From: Candidatus Ozemobacteraceae bacterium
GTDB taxonomy: Bacteria > Muiribacteriota > Ozemobacteria > Ozemobacterales > Ozemobacteraceae
Length of the DNA: 64,000 bases
NCBI GenBank assembly: GCA_965140445.1
Contig: OZ223236.1
Location: forward strand, 4,928,001-4,992,000
Direction of reading: 5' to 3'
Position 1 is the stretch's first letter. Every line of letters begins with the position of its first letter. Made by a program: the position numbers and the translations under genes. The notes under the pieces are model-generated. The model was not told the origin of the DNA. It searched no databases and was given only the letters and a program-made list of their open reading frames with translations. Positions 27,413-37,207 of this stretch are shown in pieces.

Positions 27413-28792
27413 CTACATCCGCCTTGTTGCTCTTCTAACATCTCTGGCGCTTACACTTTTTCCGCCACTACCACCTTTGTTTGCCCCTGCAGCTCCTTGG
27501 CCAACTATGATTTCCTGGCCTGCTTCAAGATCTCCAGAAACAACTTCTATAAATCGATCGTTTGAAATACCAATTTTTACTGACTTCATCAAAGGCTTCC
27601 CATTCTGAAGAATCCAGATCGGTAAAGTATCAGTAGCATTTCTAGTTTCGGCTTTTTGCGCTTTTAGATTTTCTGGAGCTTTAAAATAAAGAGCCTTTGA
27701 AGGAATTCGTAAAACATCTTTTCTGTTTCCTACAATTATTTCCACATTGGCAGTCATTCCTGGTTTTAGCAATAACTCATCATTTTCAACATTTACCATT
27801 ACCGAATAGGTTACAACATTGGAAGTCTCGATTGGCATGAGCCTGACCTGATGTATTTTTCCTTTGAAAACCTTATCCTTGTATGCGTCAACAGTGAAGG
27901 TTACGGCCTGACCATCATGCACAAGTCCGATATCCGCTTCATCAACTGCGGTGTCAATTTGCATTTTTCTTAAATCCTGCGCAATTACAAATAATTTTGG
28001 CGCTTGAAGACTTGCAGCAACTGTTTGTCCTTCATCGACTTCGCGTGAAATAACTACCCCATCAATTGGAGAAGAGATTTTGGTGCGATCCAGATTTATC
28101 TCGGAAACATGCATCTGAGCTTCCATCTGTCTTACCCGAGCCTGAGCTCCTTCTATCTGAGCCTTAGCAGCATCAATCTGTGCCTTTGTTGCCATCTCTC
28201 TGGCTTTTGATGATTCTAATTGAGCCAGAGAGACTTCATACGATGCTTTCGCAGAATCAAAGCCGGCTTTAGCAGTGTCTCTATCTGCGGTTGAAACAAG
28301 CTTTCTTTTGAAAAGCTCTTCAACTCTTTTATAATTTCTCTCAGATTCATCCTGAGTTACTTTTGCTTTATTAATATTAGCTCTGCTAATAGAAATCTCA
28401 GCTTTTGCATTCAAAAGGGAGGCTTCAAGGTTTTTAACCTGCGCGACATTATTTTTTTCTGTTGCAATTGCATTTTCAAGATTTGCTTTTGCCTGCTGCA
28501 CCTGAGCCTCGTAAGTCGATGGCTCCAACTGGGCCACAAGTTGCCCTGCTTTAACAACATCGTTGAAGTCTGCAAACAACTTTAAAATATTACCGCTAAC
28601 CTGAGATCCAACCTCAACTGTTGTAAGTGCAGCAAGAGATCCTGAAGCTGAAATGGTGGTTTTTATGTTTCCCCTGGAGACCTTCTGAGTTATCCACTCG
28701 CTTGATCCATTTTTCTTTCCAAGGTAATACCAACCAGCCAGTCCGCCAATGATTAAAACTGCAATAATGATAGCAACAGCTGCCTTTTTCAT
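27413..28792 (-). CDS. MacA-like periplasmic adaptor
   Basis: VEVGSQVSG, long alpha-hairpin, SPIDGVVI, GQTVAASLQAP, LKPGMTA. Confidence 0.92.
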   Translation of the reverse strand: MKKAAVAIIIAVLIIGGLAGWYYLGKKNGSSEWITQKVSRGNIKTTISASGSLAALTTVEVGSQVSGNILKLFADFNDVVKAGQLVAQLEPSTYEAQVQQAKANLENAIATEKNNVAQVKNLEASLLNAKAEISISRANINKAKVTQDESERNYKRVEELFKRKLVSTADRDTAKAGFDSAKASYEVSLAQLESSKAREMATKAQIDAAKAQIEGAQARVRQMEAQMHVSEINLDRTKISSPIDGVVISREVDEGQTVAASLQAPKLFVIAQDLRKMQIDTAVDEADIGLVHDGQAVTFTVDAYKDKVFKGKIHQVRLMPIETSNVVTYSVMVNVENDELLLKPGMTANVEIIVGNRKDVLRIPSKALYFKAPENLKAQKAETRNATDTLPIWILQNGKPLMKSVKIGISNDRFIEVVSGDLEAGQEIIVGQGAAGANKGGSGGKSVSARDVRRATRRM

Positions 28793-28811
28793 AAGGTTTT
28801 ATTCTCCAAAA

Positions 28812-30212
28812 CTAATTTGACTTACTATTTTCTGAGGAAGACTTGTCCATACTTTCAATTAAAACTTCTACAGTGGGTTCTTCATCTTTTTCTAATGGCT
28901 CGATAGAATCTGAAACTTCAGCCTCAACCGGCAATCTGCCCAATACCTTTTCTAACCTGGCCAATGCAATCAAACTATCAAAATAAGCTACATAATAGTT
29001 TCCTCTGGCCTTTGAATACTCGACTCTTGCATCAGTAATTTCTATTGGAGATCCTAAGCCCGAATCATATCGGCCTTCTGCAAGCTCCTTACTTTCACTG
29101 GCTTGTTGAACCAGTATGTTAGTAGCTTCATATCTCTCCAGAGAATCTTCCAGTTCAGTAATAGAGTTTTCTAATTCGGTATAAACAGTGAGTTTAAGAT
29201 TGTCATAAGTAGCTTTTGAGCTTTTAAGCTGACTCTTGGCTATCCTGATCCTGGATCTGGTCAATTTTCCGTCAAGTAGTGGCCAATTTAAGTTTACCCC
29301 CACAGTCCAGGTCCTATTCAGTGGAGTGTTGGTTCCAGCCCAGTTGTAATCTCCATTAGCTGATACGCTTGGCTTCAAACTCTTTTTTGATTCTGCCAAA
29401 GAATAATCTAATGCTTTTACCTGGAACTTAGCTGCCTTAAGATCTGGTCTTGAAAGAGCTTCTTGAAGCAAATCTTCTCTCTCTTGATCAATTTTTTGTG
29501 GCAACTGATTCATATCAAAGTCCTGAATCTCAATGGTACCTTCTTTTCCAATTGATTTTGCCAGTAAAACGAGGTTTTGCTTAAGCGTGCTCTTTGCGCT
29601 GATCAAGCTGACCCTTGCATTCGCAACATCAACCTTAGCTCTGGTAATGTCATATGGAGGTCTTGTCCCAACCTCAACATAGCCTTCGACCTTTTCAAGA
29701 TGCGTAAGATAACCATCAAGGGTTTCCTGCTGAACATTTAACAGGGCCTTTGCCTGCTGTGCCTTAAAAAAGGCTTCTTTTATCTGGGCTGCAATTTCTA
29801 CAACAGTTCCAAATTTTTGCTCCTTTGCTGCATTCAAAGACTGCTTAGCAGCATTTACACGAGAAGCTGTTTTTCCTGAGTCGAACAAAAGCTTAGAAAC
29901 TGAAAGTGATTCACTTGTGCTGTCCGTCACCGGATCATTGGATAATGTACTTCCAAGACTGGAATCCTGCTTTCTATGAGTCCATCCCGCCCTTGCATCA
30001 ACATTAACATCAAAAGCCGCCGCTGTTTGATCTATTTTAGCTTTTTCTGATTCAACAGAGCTTTCTGCTATTTTTAATCTTGGGTGATTTTTCAAACCAT
30101 AATTTAGACAGCTTCTAAGGTTCCATTTTTCGGGAAGATCTTCTGCAATACAACTACTTCCATTCATAAGTGCAATAATTATAAAAAGTATCTTGAAAAG
30201 TTTTTTATCCAT
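28812..30212 (-). CDS. TolC family outer membrane factor
   Basis: Signal peptide; OEP repeats (YVEVGTRPPYD, RYDSGLGSPIEITDAR). Confidence 0.9.
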   Translation of the reverse strand: MDKKLFKILFIIIALMNGSSCIAEDLPEKWNLRSCLNYGLKNHPRLKIAESSVESEKAKIDQTAAAFDVNVDARAGWTHRKQDSSLGSTLSNDPVTDSTSESLSVSKLLFDSGKTASRVNAAKQSLNAAKEQKFGTVVEIAAQIKEAFFKAQQAKALLNVQQETLDGYLTHLEKVEGYVEVGTRPPYDITRAKVDVANARVSLISAKSTLKQNLVLLAKSIGKEGTIEIQDFDMNQLPQKIDQEREDLLQEALSRPDLKAAKFQVKALDYSLAESKKSLKPSVSANGDYNWAGTNTPLNRTWTVGVNLNWPLLDGKLTRSRIRIAKSQLKSSKATYDNLKLTVYTELENSITELEDSLERYEATNILVQQASESKELAEGRYDSGLGSPIEITDARVEYSKARGNYYVAYFDSLIALARLEKVLGRLPVEAEVSDSIEPLEKDEEPTVEVLIESMDKSSSENSKSN

Positions 30213-30370
30213 CGTTATCGGTCACCTCAAGGTTAGTCTAGATCTTTACAATCTTGAAATCAATTTCACAAATATTAAGAATCGTTAAGTAACCCCTTAA
30301 ACTACATCTTTATCTCACCTTTCTCAAGCTGCCGGAAAACAATATTAATGCTTTGAATTTACAAATGAAC

Positions 30371-30414
30371 TAAAACCAAAAAGACCCTGCAAAAGCAGGG
30401 TCTTTTTGGTTTTA
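30371..30414 (-). terminator. Intrinsic terminator after OMP gene
   Basis: 20-bp perfect inverted repeat TAAAACCAAAAAGACCCTGC-AAAA-GCAGGGTCTTTTTGGTTTTA. Confidence 0.85.
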
Positions 30415-30418
30415 ATAC

Positions 30419-31252
30419 TTAGAATCTAGCAACTAATCCTAATGTAGGACCACTGTATGATAGTTCTGCGTTATTACTGTCTGTATCCGCATCAAACTTG
30501 ATTTTTCGATATCCAAGGTCTACAAACCATTCTGTATTTGTAGCATTCGGGTTAATTCTTAAAGCGGCATTGATTCCAAAATCATAATGCATTACGTCAT
30601 TTCCAGCTGCATTCACATTCATATACTTAATCTGGCCTTTTAACCAAAGATTTTTTGCAAGTTGTCCGCCAGCACCAAGACCTAAATAAGGAACAGGGAA
30701 ACTTTCACTCCAGCTTTGATTTACGTATGCGCTGGTTCCAGTTTCGTAACCAGTAACATTGATTTTACTTTCACTGAACTTCAATCCAAAAATACCATCA
30801 AGATAAAATGCATCTTTCTTTTCCGGATCGGAATGATTGCCTACTGCCAATAAATGAGAATAACTAATATCGAACCAGTCTGTTTCGATCTGGGCACTGG
30901 CATTTGCCTGATAGTTTCTCTTTTTAAAAGTTACTGTCTTGTTAATTCTGCCAGTATGATCGTGTTTCAAATAAGAAAAGCTTAATCTACCTTTTTTAGA
31001 AAGAACATGGTCAACCTTTATTCCCATACGATTTTCTGAATCAAAACTTGCTTCAGAATCCAAATCTAACACCAATCCATCTACCCTTACATTACCATCA
31101 ATATTCGACTTCATGCCGAAGACTTCCACATTCGTAACCTTCCGATACTCAGAAGCATTCATATGTGAAGCGGGCTTCATTGCTCTCTCCCAAGCAAAGG
31201 CTGAAGTGGGTAACAGTGCTGACACTGCAAGTGCTACTAAGAGTTTCTTCAT
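30419..31252 (-). CDS. Outer membrane beta-barrel protein
   Basis: Signal peptide MKKLL..AFA; amphipathic strands; C-terminal YSGPTLGLVARF. Confidence 0.8.
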   Translation of the reverse strand: MKKLLVALAVSALLPTSAFAWERAMKPASHMNASEYRKVTNVEVFGMKSNIDGNVRVDGLVLDLDSEASFDSENRMGIKVDHVLSKKGRLSFSYLKHDHTGRINKTVTFKKRNYQANASAQIETDWFDISYSHLLAVGNHSDPEKKDAFYLDGIFGLKFSESKINVTGYETGTSAYVNQSWSESFPVPYLGLGAGGQLAKNLWLKGQIKYMNVNAAGNDVMHYDFGINAALRINPNATNTEWFVDLGYRKIKFDADTDSNNAELSYSGPTLGLVARF

Positions 31253-31290
31253 TTTCAATCTCCTTAAGTAATTTCCACTAAGCAGGAGAT

Positions 31291-31320
31291 ATTATAAAAA
31301 ATAATAAATTTGGCAAGCAA
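31291..31320 (-). promoter_or_regulatory. Sigma70 promoter of OMP gene
   Basis: TTGCTT-18 bp-TATAAT. Confidence 0.5.
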
Positions 31321-31351
31321 AAAAAAAGCATATTATAAAAATATGCTTTTT
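31321..31351 (-). terminator. AT-rich terminator after HD-GYP gene
   Basis: AAAAAGCATATT / AATATGCTTTTT inverted repeat with T-tract. Confidence 0.55.
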
Positions 31352-31364
31352 CTTGTCTGTTAAA

Positions 31365-34300
31365 TCAGGCCTGGTCCAGTTGTAATGGGAACTGATCAGC
31401 TAAAGTCTGATCGAGATAATCTCCCTTAAACCAAGGTGGGCAGAAACGGGAAGTTCTCAGACTTATAAAAGCTTGAACAACTGCAGGATCGAACTGACTT
31501 CCCGCACATCTCTGAATTTCAGCAGAAGCTTCGTCAAAGGTAAGTGGCTTTCTATAAGGTCTGTGAGAAGTTATTGCATCGAATGAATCGGCAACGCAGA
31601 TAATCCTGGAACCCAGAGGAATCTCATCGCCAGTTAAACCAGCAGGATAACCTCTTCCATCATATCTTTCATGGTGGTGCTTAATAATTTCACACACACG
31701 CTTCAGAAATTCAATTGAGTTGAGAATACCAGCACCAATATGAGGGTGAGATTTAATCGTTTCAAATTCATCGTCGGTAAGTTTACCCGGCTTAAGCAAA
31801 ATCTGCTCGGAAATTCCAATTTTCCCTACATCATGAAGTAATGATGCATGTCTAATGGTATCAACTTCAGTTTTTGCCAGACTCATTTCAAGTGCCAATC
31901 CAACACTTAAATCAGTTACGCGTCTTGAATGGCCATGAGTGTAGCTATCTTTAGCATCAATAGCCGCTGCCAAAGATCTAATTGTTTCAAGGTAAACATT
32001 CAAAAGATTGTGATAAAGCCTTGCATTTTCAATAGCGATGGAAGCCTGAGAAGCAAGAGTTTCTAGCAGATCCAGATTTTCTACTGTAAATGGCCCCTTT
32101 TTACTAAGAAGTCTTTCACAGTTGATAACACCAACAAGGTTGTCCTTATTTACTAATGGGGCTGAAATTAATGTAAGATCAGCTTTTCGAGCAACGCCTG
32201 GTAGCTCTTTGTAATCAGGATTCTGCCCTGTATTTAAAACTCTCATTGGGCGACGAACCTGGGCTGCCCTACCGGCAACTCCTTCTCCCATTTTTAGTCG
32301 GATCTCTTCTACATTCTGGTCTTCAAATCCTCTGTGAACTTCAACATATAACGAATCTCCAACATCATCATAAAGCATTAGTGTTGCTCGATCTGATTCA
32401 GTGATTCTCGTGGTCATATCGATGAAGTAATTTAAAACAGAATCAAGATCCAGAGAAGAATTTATCGCTTTTCCAAGTTCTTGAATAAGGCTCAATTCTG
32501 CAACCTGCATATCTGTCATTTCATGAAGATTTGCATTGGCAATCGCCTGGGAAATTTGTCCTGAGATTCCTAGAAGAAGATTCTGATCATCTTCAAAGAA
32601 AGCATCTCCAGAGCGTTTATTATTAACGTTCAGAACCCCAAGCAATTCGTCATGATGCAGAATTGGAACTGAAAGAACTGATCTTGTTTTATAATCCATT
32701 CTTCCACTGTGATTAGCAAATCTAACATCTTTTGAAATATCTTTTAGAAGAACTGATTGTCTGTTCTCTGCAACCCAACCAGCAATTCCTTCTCCCATTG
32801 CAACCTGAACATGTCCAATCATATTGCTCGGAAGTCCAATTGCTGCGTCAAGAGTCAAAAAGTTGTTTAACTGGTCATATGCCATCAAAGAACAGTTTTC
32901 AACGTCCATTACTTCCTGAACCTGCTGTAAAATTGTGTCAAAGAGAGTTGAAATGTTCAAAGTCTTTGAAACAGAAGATCCAACTTTGTAAAGAGTTGAA
33001 AGATAATCCAGCTTTCTCTTCGAGTCATTAAAGAGACGTTCATTCTCAAAATGAGACGCCAAAGTTCTTCCGATTGTGTTCAGTAAATCCTGATCAGAAT
33101 CAGAAATAACCTTGCTATCTTCTTTGTGATAAATTCCGAGTGTTCCAATAAGTCGATCGGAAGACGTTAATGGAACAATCAAAAGAGATCTTGCAAACTG
33201 GTCAAGGAAAGAGAATTTGGCTATTGTTTTATCATGAAGAACATCCTGAATTAGCAAAGGAATTTTCTGAGATGCAACCCAGCCATGATATCCTTTGCCT
33301 ACACCAATTTTGACACTTTCTATTTCTTCGGGAAGTCCAGATTGAGCTTTAAGTGAAAGTTCTTCGCCATCGCTGTTATAAAGCAACAAAGAAGCTGCAT
33401 TACAATCTAAAGCTTCACAAGCTTCTTTTAAAACTTTTTTATAACCATCATCGTCCAACGACCTGGCAGTTAATGATTCACTAATTGAGAATAGTCTGGT
33501 CAGCTCGCGTAACTTCTGATTTGAATCTGCAAGCAACCTTGCATTTTCCAGAACTTTAGTCACCATTGATGCCAGAGTGTTCAGTGATAATGAGTCATCT
33601 TTGGTAAATGCATTTATTTCAGATGAATCAACGGCAATAACTCCAATAAGTTTGTCACCAATTGTAAGCGGTACTGCCAATTCCGAGTAGATTGTCTCTG
33701 GGGTTTCAATATATCTAGGCTCCAACAGAACGTTTGGCACATTCAAAGACTCTTGATTTCTCGCAACCCAGCCAGTGATGCCTTCTCCAAAAGGAACGCG
33801 GATCTTCTTTACTTCCTGGGGGTATTTGCCTCTGGCAACAGCTACCTCAAGATAGTTTCTGCTATCTTTACGTAGAAGCAAAGCGCCACAAGTAGCACCA
33901 GTAATCTCAATTGCTATATCCATTAGGAATTCCAAAAGATTCTGAAATTCCAGGCTGGAATTCATTATATTGGAAGCTTCCTCAAGAACAGAAAGGATCT
34001 TTTCTTTTCGCGCCAAAGATTCTTTTTCAGCAGCCAGATCTATCATCTGAACAAAAAAGTTATCAATAGATTCAACAGCTGCTTCTATCTGGGTTTCAGT
34101 CATTAAAGGCAAAATAGTCTTGCCGCTAAATTTTCGACCAGGAGCTTGATAAGGCCCAATTAGAACTGCACCATATAAATGACCATTCCAATCAAGCTTC
34201 ATAACGCGCATAAAAGACCCGTCAGGTCTTTCAACAACGTCCTTCCCCGGAAAGTTTACAAAGTCAGAAACTTCGATAACATTTTCGAAAACGTCGTCAA

Positions 34301-34433
34301 GTTTTCCTACAACGACTTCTCCCCGTTCATTGAACGGAACTATATTCAACCCGGTTAAACGCTGAAAACGATCAAGAAAGCTTTTGAGCTTCTCCCGATC
34401 ACAAATCTCTTCCAGATATATTTTTTTGACCAC
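31365..34433 (-). CDS. HD-GYP cyclic-dinucleotide phosphodiesterase with PocR-like N-terminus and four GAF domains
   Basis: Four GAF repeats (GEGITGW, GKGYHGW, GEGIAGW, GEGVAGR); YTHGHSRRV, LLHDVGKIG, HHHERYDGRGYP. Confidence 0.92.
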   Translation of the reverse strand: MVKKIYLEEICDREKLKSFLDRFQRLTGLNIVPFNERGEVVVGKLDDVFENVIEVSDFVNFPGKDVVERPDGSFMRVMKLDWNGHLYGAVLIGPYQAPGRKFSGKTILPLMTETQIEAAVESIDNFFVQMIDLAAEKESLARKEKILSVLEEASNIMNSSLEFQNLLEFLMDIAIEITGATCGALLLRKDSRNYLEVAVARGKYPQEVKKIRVPFGEGITGWVARNQESLNVPNVLLEPRYIETPETIYSELAVPLTIGDKLIGVIAVDSSEINAFTKDDSLSLNTLASMVTKVLENARLLADSNQKLRELTRLFSISESLTARSLDDDGYKKVLKEACEALDCNAASLLLYNSDGEELSLKAQSGLPEEIESVKIGVGKGYHGWVASQKIPLLIQDVLHDKTIAKFSFLDQFARSLLIVPLTSSDRLIGTLGIYHKEDSKVISDSDQDLLNTIGRTLASHFENERLFNDSKRKLDYLSTLYKVGSSVSKTLNISTLFDTILQQVQEVMDVENCSLMAYDQLNNFLTLDAAIGLPSNMIGHVQVAMGEGIAGWVAENRQSVLLKDISKDVRFANHSGRMDYKTRSVLSVPILHHDELLGVLNVNNKRSGDAFFEDDQNLLLGISGQISQAIANANLHEMTDMQVAELSLIQELGKAINSSLDLDSVLNYFIDMTTRITESDRATLMLYDDVGDSLYVEVHRGFEDQNVEEIRLKMGEGVAGRAAQVRRPMRVLNTGQNPDYKELPGVARKADLTLISAPLVNKDNLVGVINCERLLSKKGPFTVENLDLLETLASQASIAIENARLYHNLLNVYLETIRSLAAAIDAKDSYTHGHSRRVTDLSVGLALEMSLAKTEVDTIRHASLLHDVGKIGISEQILLKPGKLTDDEFETIKSHPHIGAGILNSIEFLKRVCEIIKHHHERYDGRGYPAGLTGDEIPLGSRIICVADSFDAITSHRPYRKPLTFDEASAEIQRCAGSQFDPAVVQAFISLRTSRFCPPWFKGDYLDQTLADQFPLQLDQA

Positions 34434-34494
34434 TTGCTTTAACTTTCCCCGTTACTTGATACTAGATTATGATATCGGTCCAGTACAAAAACAA

Positions 34495-34920
34495 TTACTT
34501 AACTTCAATTACAGAATTCTGTCCTTCGAATTTGTTTTTGACGTTCTTATCTGAATTAGGATCAACAACCCAATCAGTATTGTTTACTACAAATTGATAT
34601 TCATGTTTGCCCGATTTAAGAGATACGGTGCATTTCCAGATGCCATCTTCTTTATTCATTGGATTAGCATCTTTATCCCAGTCATTGAAGTCTCCAACAA
34701 GAGCAACCTTTGTTGCTTCTTCATCTTCAAGTTCAAAAGTAACTTCTCTTTCTTCGCCATCGGTTGAATCTTCAGAACTTTCATCTTCTGATTCATTTTC
34801 GCATTCTTCTTCATCCCACATTTCTTCTTCTTCAAAGCTATGTTCTCTGCCAATTATGTAACCAATACCAAATACGCTTGCCATAATAAACAGCTTCCAT
34901 ACAAATCTTAACAATCTCAT
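34495..34920 (-). CDS. Membrane-anchored glycogen-binding (CBM48/AMPK-type) domain protein
   Basis: N-terminal TM helix, acidic linker, VALVGDFNDW..W..GKHEYQFVVN..WVVDP..NSVIEV. Confidence 0.85.
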   Translation of the reverse strand: MRLLRFVWKLFIMASVFGIGYIIGREHSFEEEEMWDEEECENESEDESSEDSTDGEEREVTFELEDEEATKVALVGDFNDWDKDANPMNKEDGIWKCTVSLKSGKHEYQFVVNNTDWVVDPNSDKNVKNKFEGQNSVIEVK

Positions 34921-34945
34921 GTCTATTGCCTCCTAAGCTTTTTAG

Positions 34946-37207
34946 CTATTTTATAACTCGAAGATTTGCATACTGCAAGAGCAATGTTTTGCTCCCATGC
35001 TTTTCGAATCTAACTGTTACCCTGAAATCTGAAATTGAGCTTCCAGTAATTTCATAAACTGTTCCTTGCCCAAAAACACCATGCAAAACTTTTGCACCAG
35101 GCTTTAAATTTACCATGCTTCCGCATTCTGTTCCAGCAGAATCGTCAAGTTCTTTTTTAGTTTCGACTTCTGCCCATTTTTCGCCCTTATTCATATTAAA
35201 ATTTGGCTTTCCGAATGCTCTTCCACGCTGGATTGACCCAGGAATTGATCCGGAATTTTGTATAGGTCTGCCGTAAGAATTTTCCGTTCTCTGCTTATAG
35301 TGAGAAAACAACTGAGCAGGAACTTCCGTTACAAATCGTGAAACCGGGTTTGTTCCCCAAGAGCCAAACATCATTCTGCGTTGAGAAGCAGTCAGATACA
35401 GAAGTTCTTTTGCTCTTGTCATTCCGACATAAGCAAGACGACGTTCTTCTTCAAGCTCTTCAGGAGCTTCTTTCGAGGAATGATGAGGGAATATCCCTTC
35501 TTCCATGGCCATCATAAAAACAACTGGAAACTCAAGCCCTTTTGCATTGTGCAAAGTTAAAAGGTGAACTTTTTCCTGCGTTTCGTCCAGTCCATCCGCT
35601 TGCGCTTGCAACGTTGCTTCATACAGATAATCTCTAAGTTTAAGATCGGGATTATCTTCTTCCTGATATCTTATGTCCGAAACAAGTGCTTCAATATTGT
35701 TTTCTCTGTCTGGAGCACTTTCTGGGTCAGAATTCCTTAAATGTTTTCGATACTCTATGTCATCTATTATTTTTCGACACAGCTGCGAAACGCGCATTTC
35801 GTCTGAAGCTTCCATAAGATTCAACAACATATTGAAAAAATCTGCAATCTTGGTATTAGCTTTTGCGGAAGCCTCTTCTCCCAAGCCTTCCCAGAGAGAT
35901 CTTGTTCCGCCGGCCGACAGCTTATCAAGCATCTTGGGGCCAATTCCTCTTCTAGGAACTGCGATAATTCGTTCCATAGCAATATTATCAAGAGGGTTGT
36001 CGATAACTTTTAAATACGAAAGAATATCTTTTACTTCACGACGCTGGAAGAATTTTGTTCCCCCCGTCATATCATATGGAATGGCATAGCGATTAAGTAT
36101 CTGCTCAATCTGCCGGCTTAAACTGTTCATCCTGAAAAGAACTGCAAAATCAGAAAGGGGACGCCCGTCCAATTGCATCTTCTTTATCTGCTGAACAACA
36201 TAGTCTGCTTCTTCGCGATCATCTCTGGTTCTTTGGAAAACAACAGATTCGCCGCCTTCCTGCTCGGTCCAGAGCCTTTTTTGGTGGGCACTTTTATTAT
36301 TTGCAATTACTGCCCCAGCCGCATCAAGAATAACCTGCGTGGAACGATAGTTCTGCTCAAGCTTTACAACCTTTGCCCCGGGAAAATCCTGCTCGAAATC
36401 CTGAATATTTCTGATTGTTGCCCCGCGCCAGCTGTAAATAGATTGATCTTCATCACCAACAACACAAAGATTTCTCGTTCCAGACGATATCATGGAAATC
36501 AGCTTATACTGTGCATGGTTTGTGTCCTGATACTCGTCTACCAGAAAGTAACGATATTGTTTTTGTAATTTCTCAATTAAATCCGGGTTATCGCGCAACA
36601 TCACATAACTTTTGTAAATCAAGTCATCAAAATCAACAGCTTGATTTTCCATTAGTTTTCTCTGGTAAATACCATAAAGTTCCCCAGTAAGAGCGGATTG
36701 CTTATCACCGCCATAAGCCCTTAAATACTCTTCTGGGCCCATCAATTCATTTTTTGCCTGAGAAATTGAAGAAAGAATAGCTCTTGGAGAAAACTTTTTA
36801 GGGTCAAGATCTTTACCTTTTAAAACCTGCTTCATAAGCTTTTCGGAATCATCTTCATCATAAATTGTAAAACTATCTTCGAAGCCTGCATACTTGTGCC
36901 ATCGCCTCATTAGCCGACAACAAAATGAATGAAACGTTGTAAGGGTAATCTGATCAGCAGCCATTGGGACAAGAGTTCTAACTCTTTCACGCATTTCTTT
37001 TGCAGCTTTGTTAGTAAAAGTCACAGCAAGAATACTTCTTGGCTCAACATCGCAGCCTTCAACCAGGTATGCGATTCTAACTGTAAGCATTCTGGTTTTG
37101 CCCGAGCCGGCACCAGCAACAACAAGGATAGGCCCTTCCGTAGTTCTAACAGCTTGCTGCTGTCTTTCATTTAGCTTGGCTATAGTCTGTTCAATTACAC
37201 TAGTCAC
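34946..37207 (-). CDS. pcrA: ATP-dependent DNA helicase PcrA/UvrD
   Basis: AGAGSGKT, VTFTNKAA, VDEYQDTN, GDEDQSIYSWRGA, LEQNYRST, AKGLEF, EERRLAYVGMTRA; C-terminal Tudor-like domain; GTG start behind AAGGA. Confidence 0.96.
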   Translation of the reverse strand: MTSVIEQTIAKLNERQQQAVRTTEGPILVVAGAGSGKTRMLTVRIAYLVEGCDVEPRSILAVTFTNKAAKEMRERVRTLVPMAADQITLTTFHSFCCRLMRRWHKYAGFEDSFTIYDEDDSEKLMKQVLKGKDLDPKKFSPRAILSSISQAKNELMGPEEYLRAYGGDKQSALTGELYGIYQRKLMENQAVDFDDLIYKSYVMLRDNPDLIEKLQKQYRYFLVDEYQDTNHAQYKLISMISSGTRNLCVVGDEDQSIYSWRGATIRNIQDFEQDFPGAKVVKLEQNYRSTQVILDAAGAVIANNKSAHQKRLWTEQEGGESVVFQRTRDDREEADYVVQQIKKMQLDGRPLSDFAVLFRMNSLSRQIEQILNRYAIPYDMTGGTKFFQRREVKDILSYLKVIDNPLDNIAMERIIAVPRRGIGPKMLDKLSAGGTRSLWEGLGEEASAKANTKIADFFNMLLNLMEASDEMRVSQLCRKIIDDIEYRKHLRNSDPESAPDRENNIEALVSDIRYQEEDNPDLKLRDYLYEATLQAQADGLDETQEKVHLLTLHNAKGLEFPVVFMMAMEEGIFPHHSSKEAPEELEEERRLAYVGMTRAKELLYLTASQRRMMFGSWGTNPVSRFVTEVPAQLFSHYKQRTENSYGRPIQNSGSIPGSIQRGRAFGKPNFNMNKGEKWAEVETKKELDDSAGTECGSMVNLKPGAKVLHGVFGQGTVYEITGSSISDFRVTVRFEKHGSKTLLLQYANLRVIK

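Noticed and set aside
30215..30242. ACCGATAA box upstream of the mac-type tolC as a sigma28 promoter
   Set aside because: It lies between the SD (GAGGTG) and the ATG and has a poor -35; probably coincidental.
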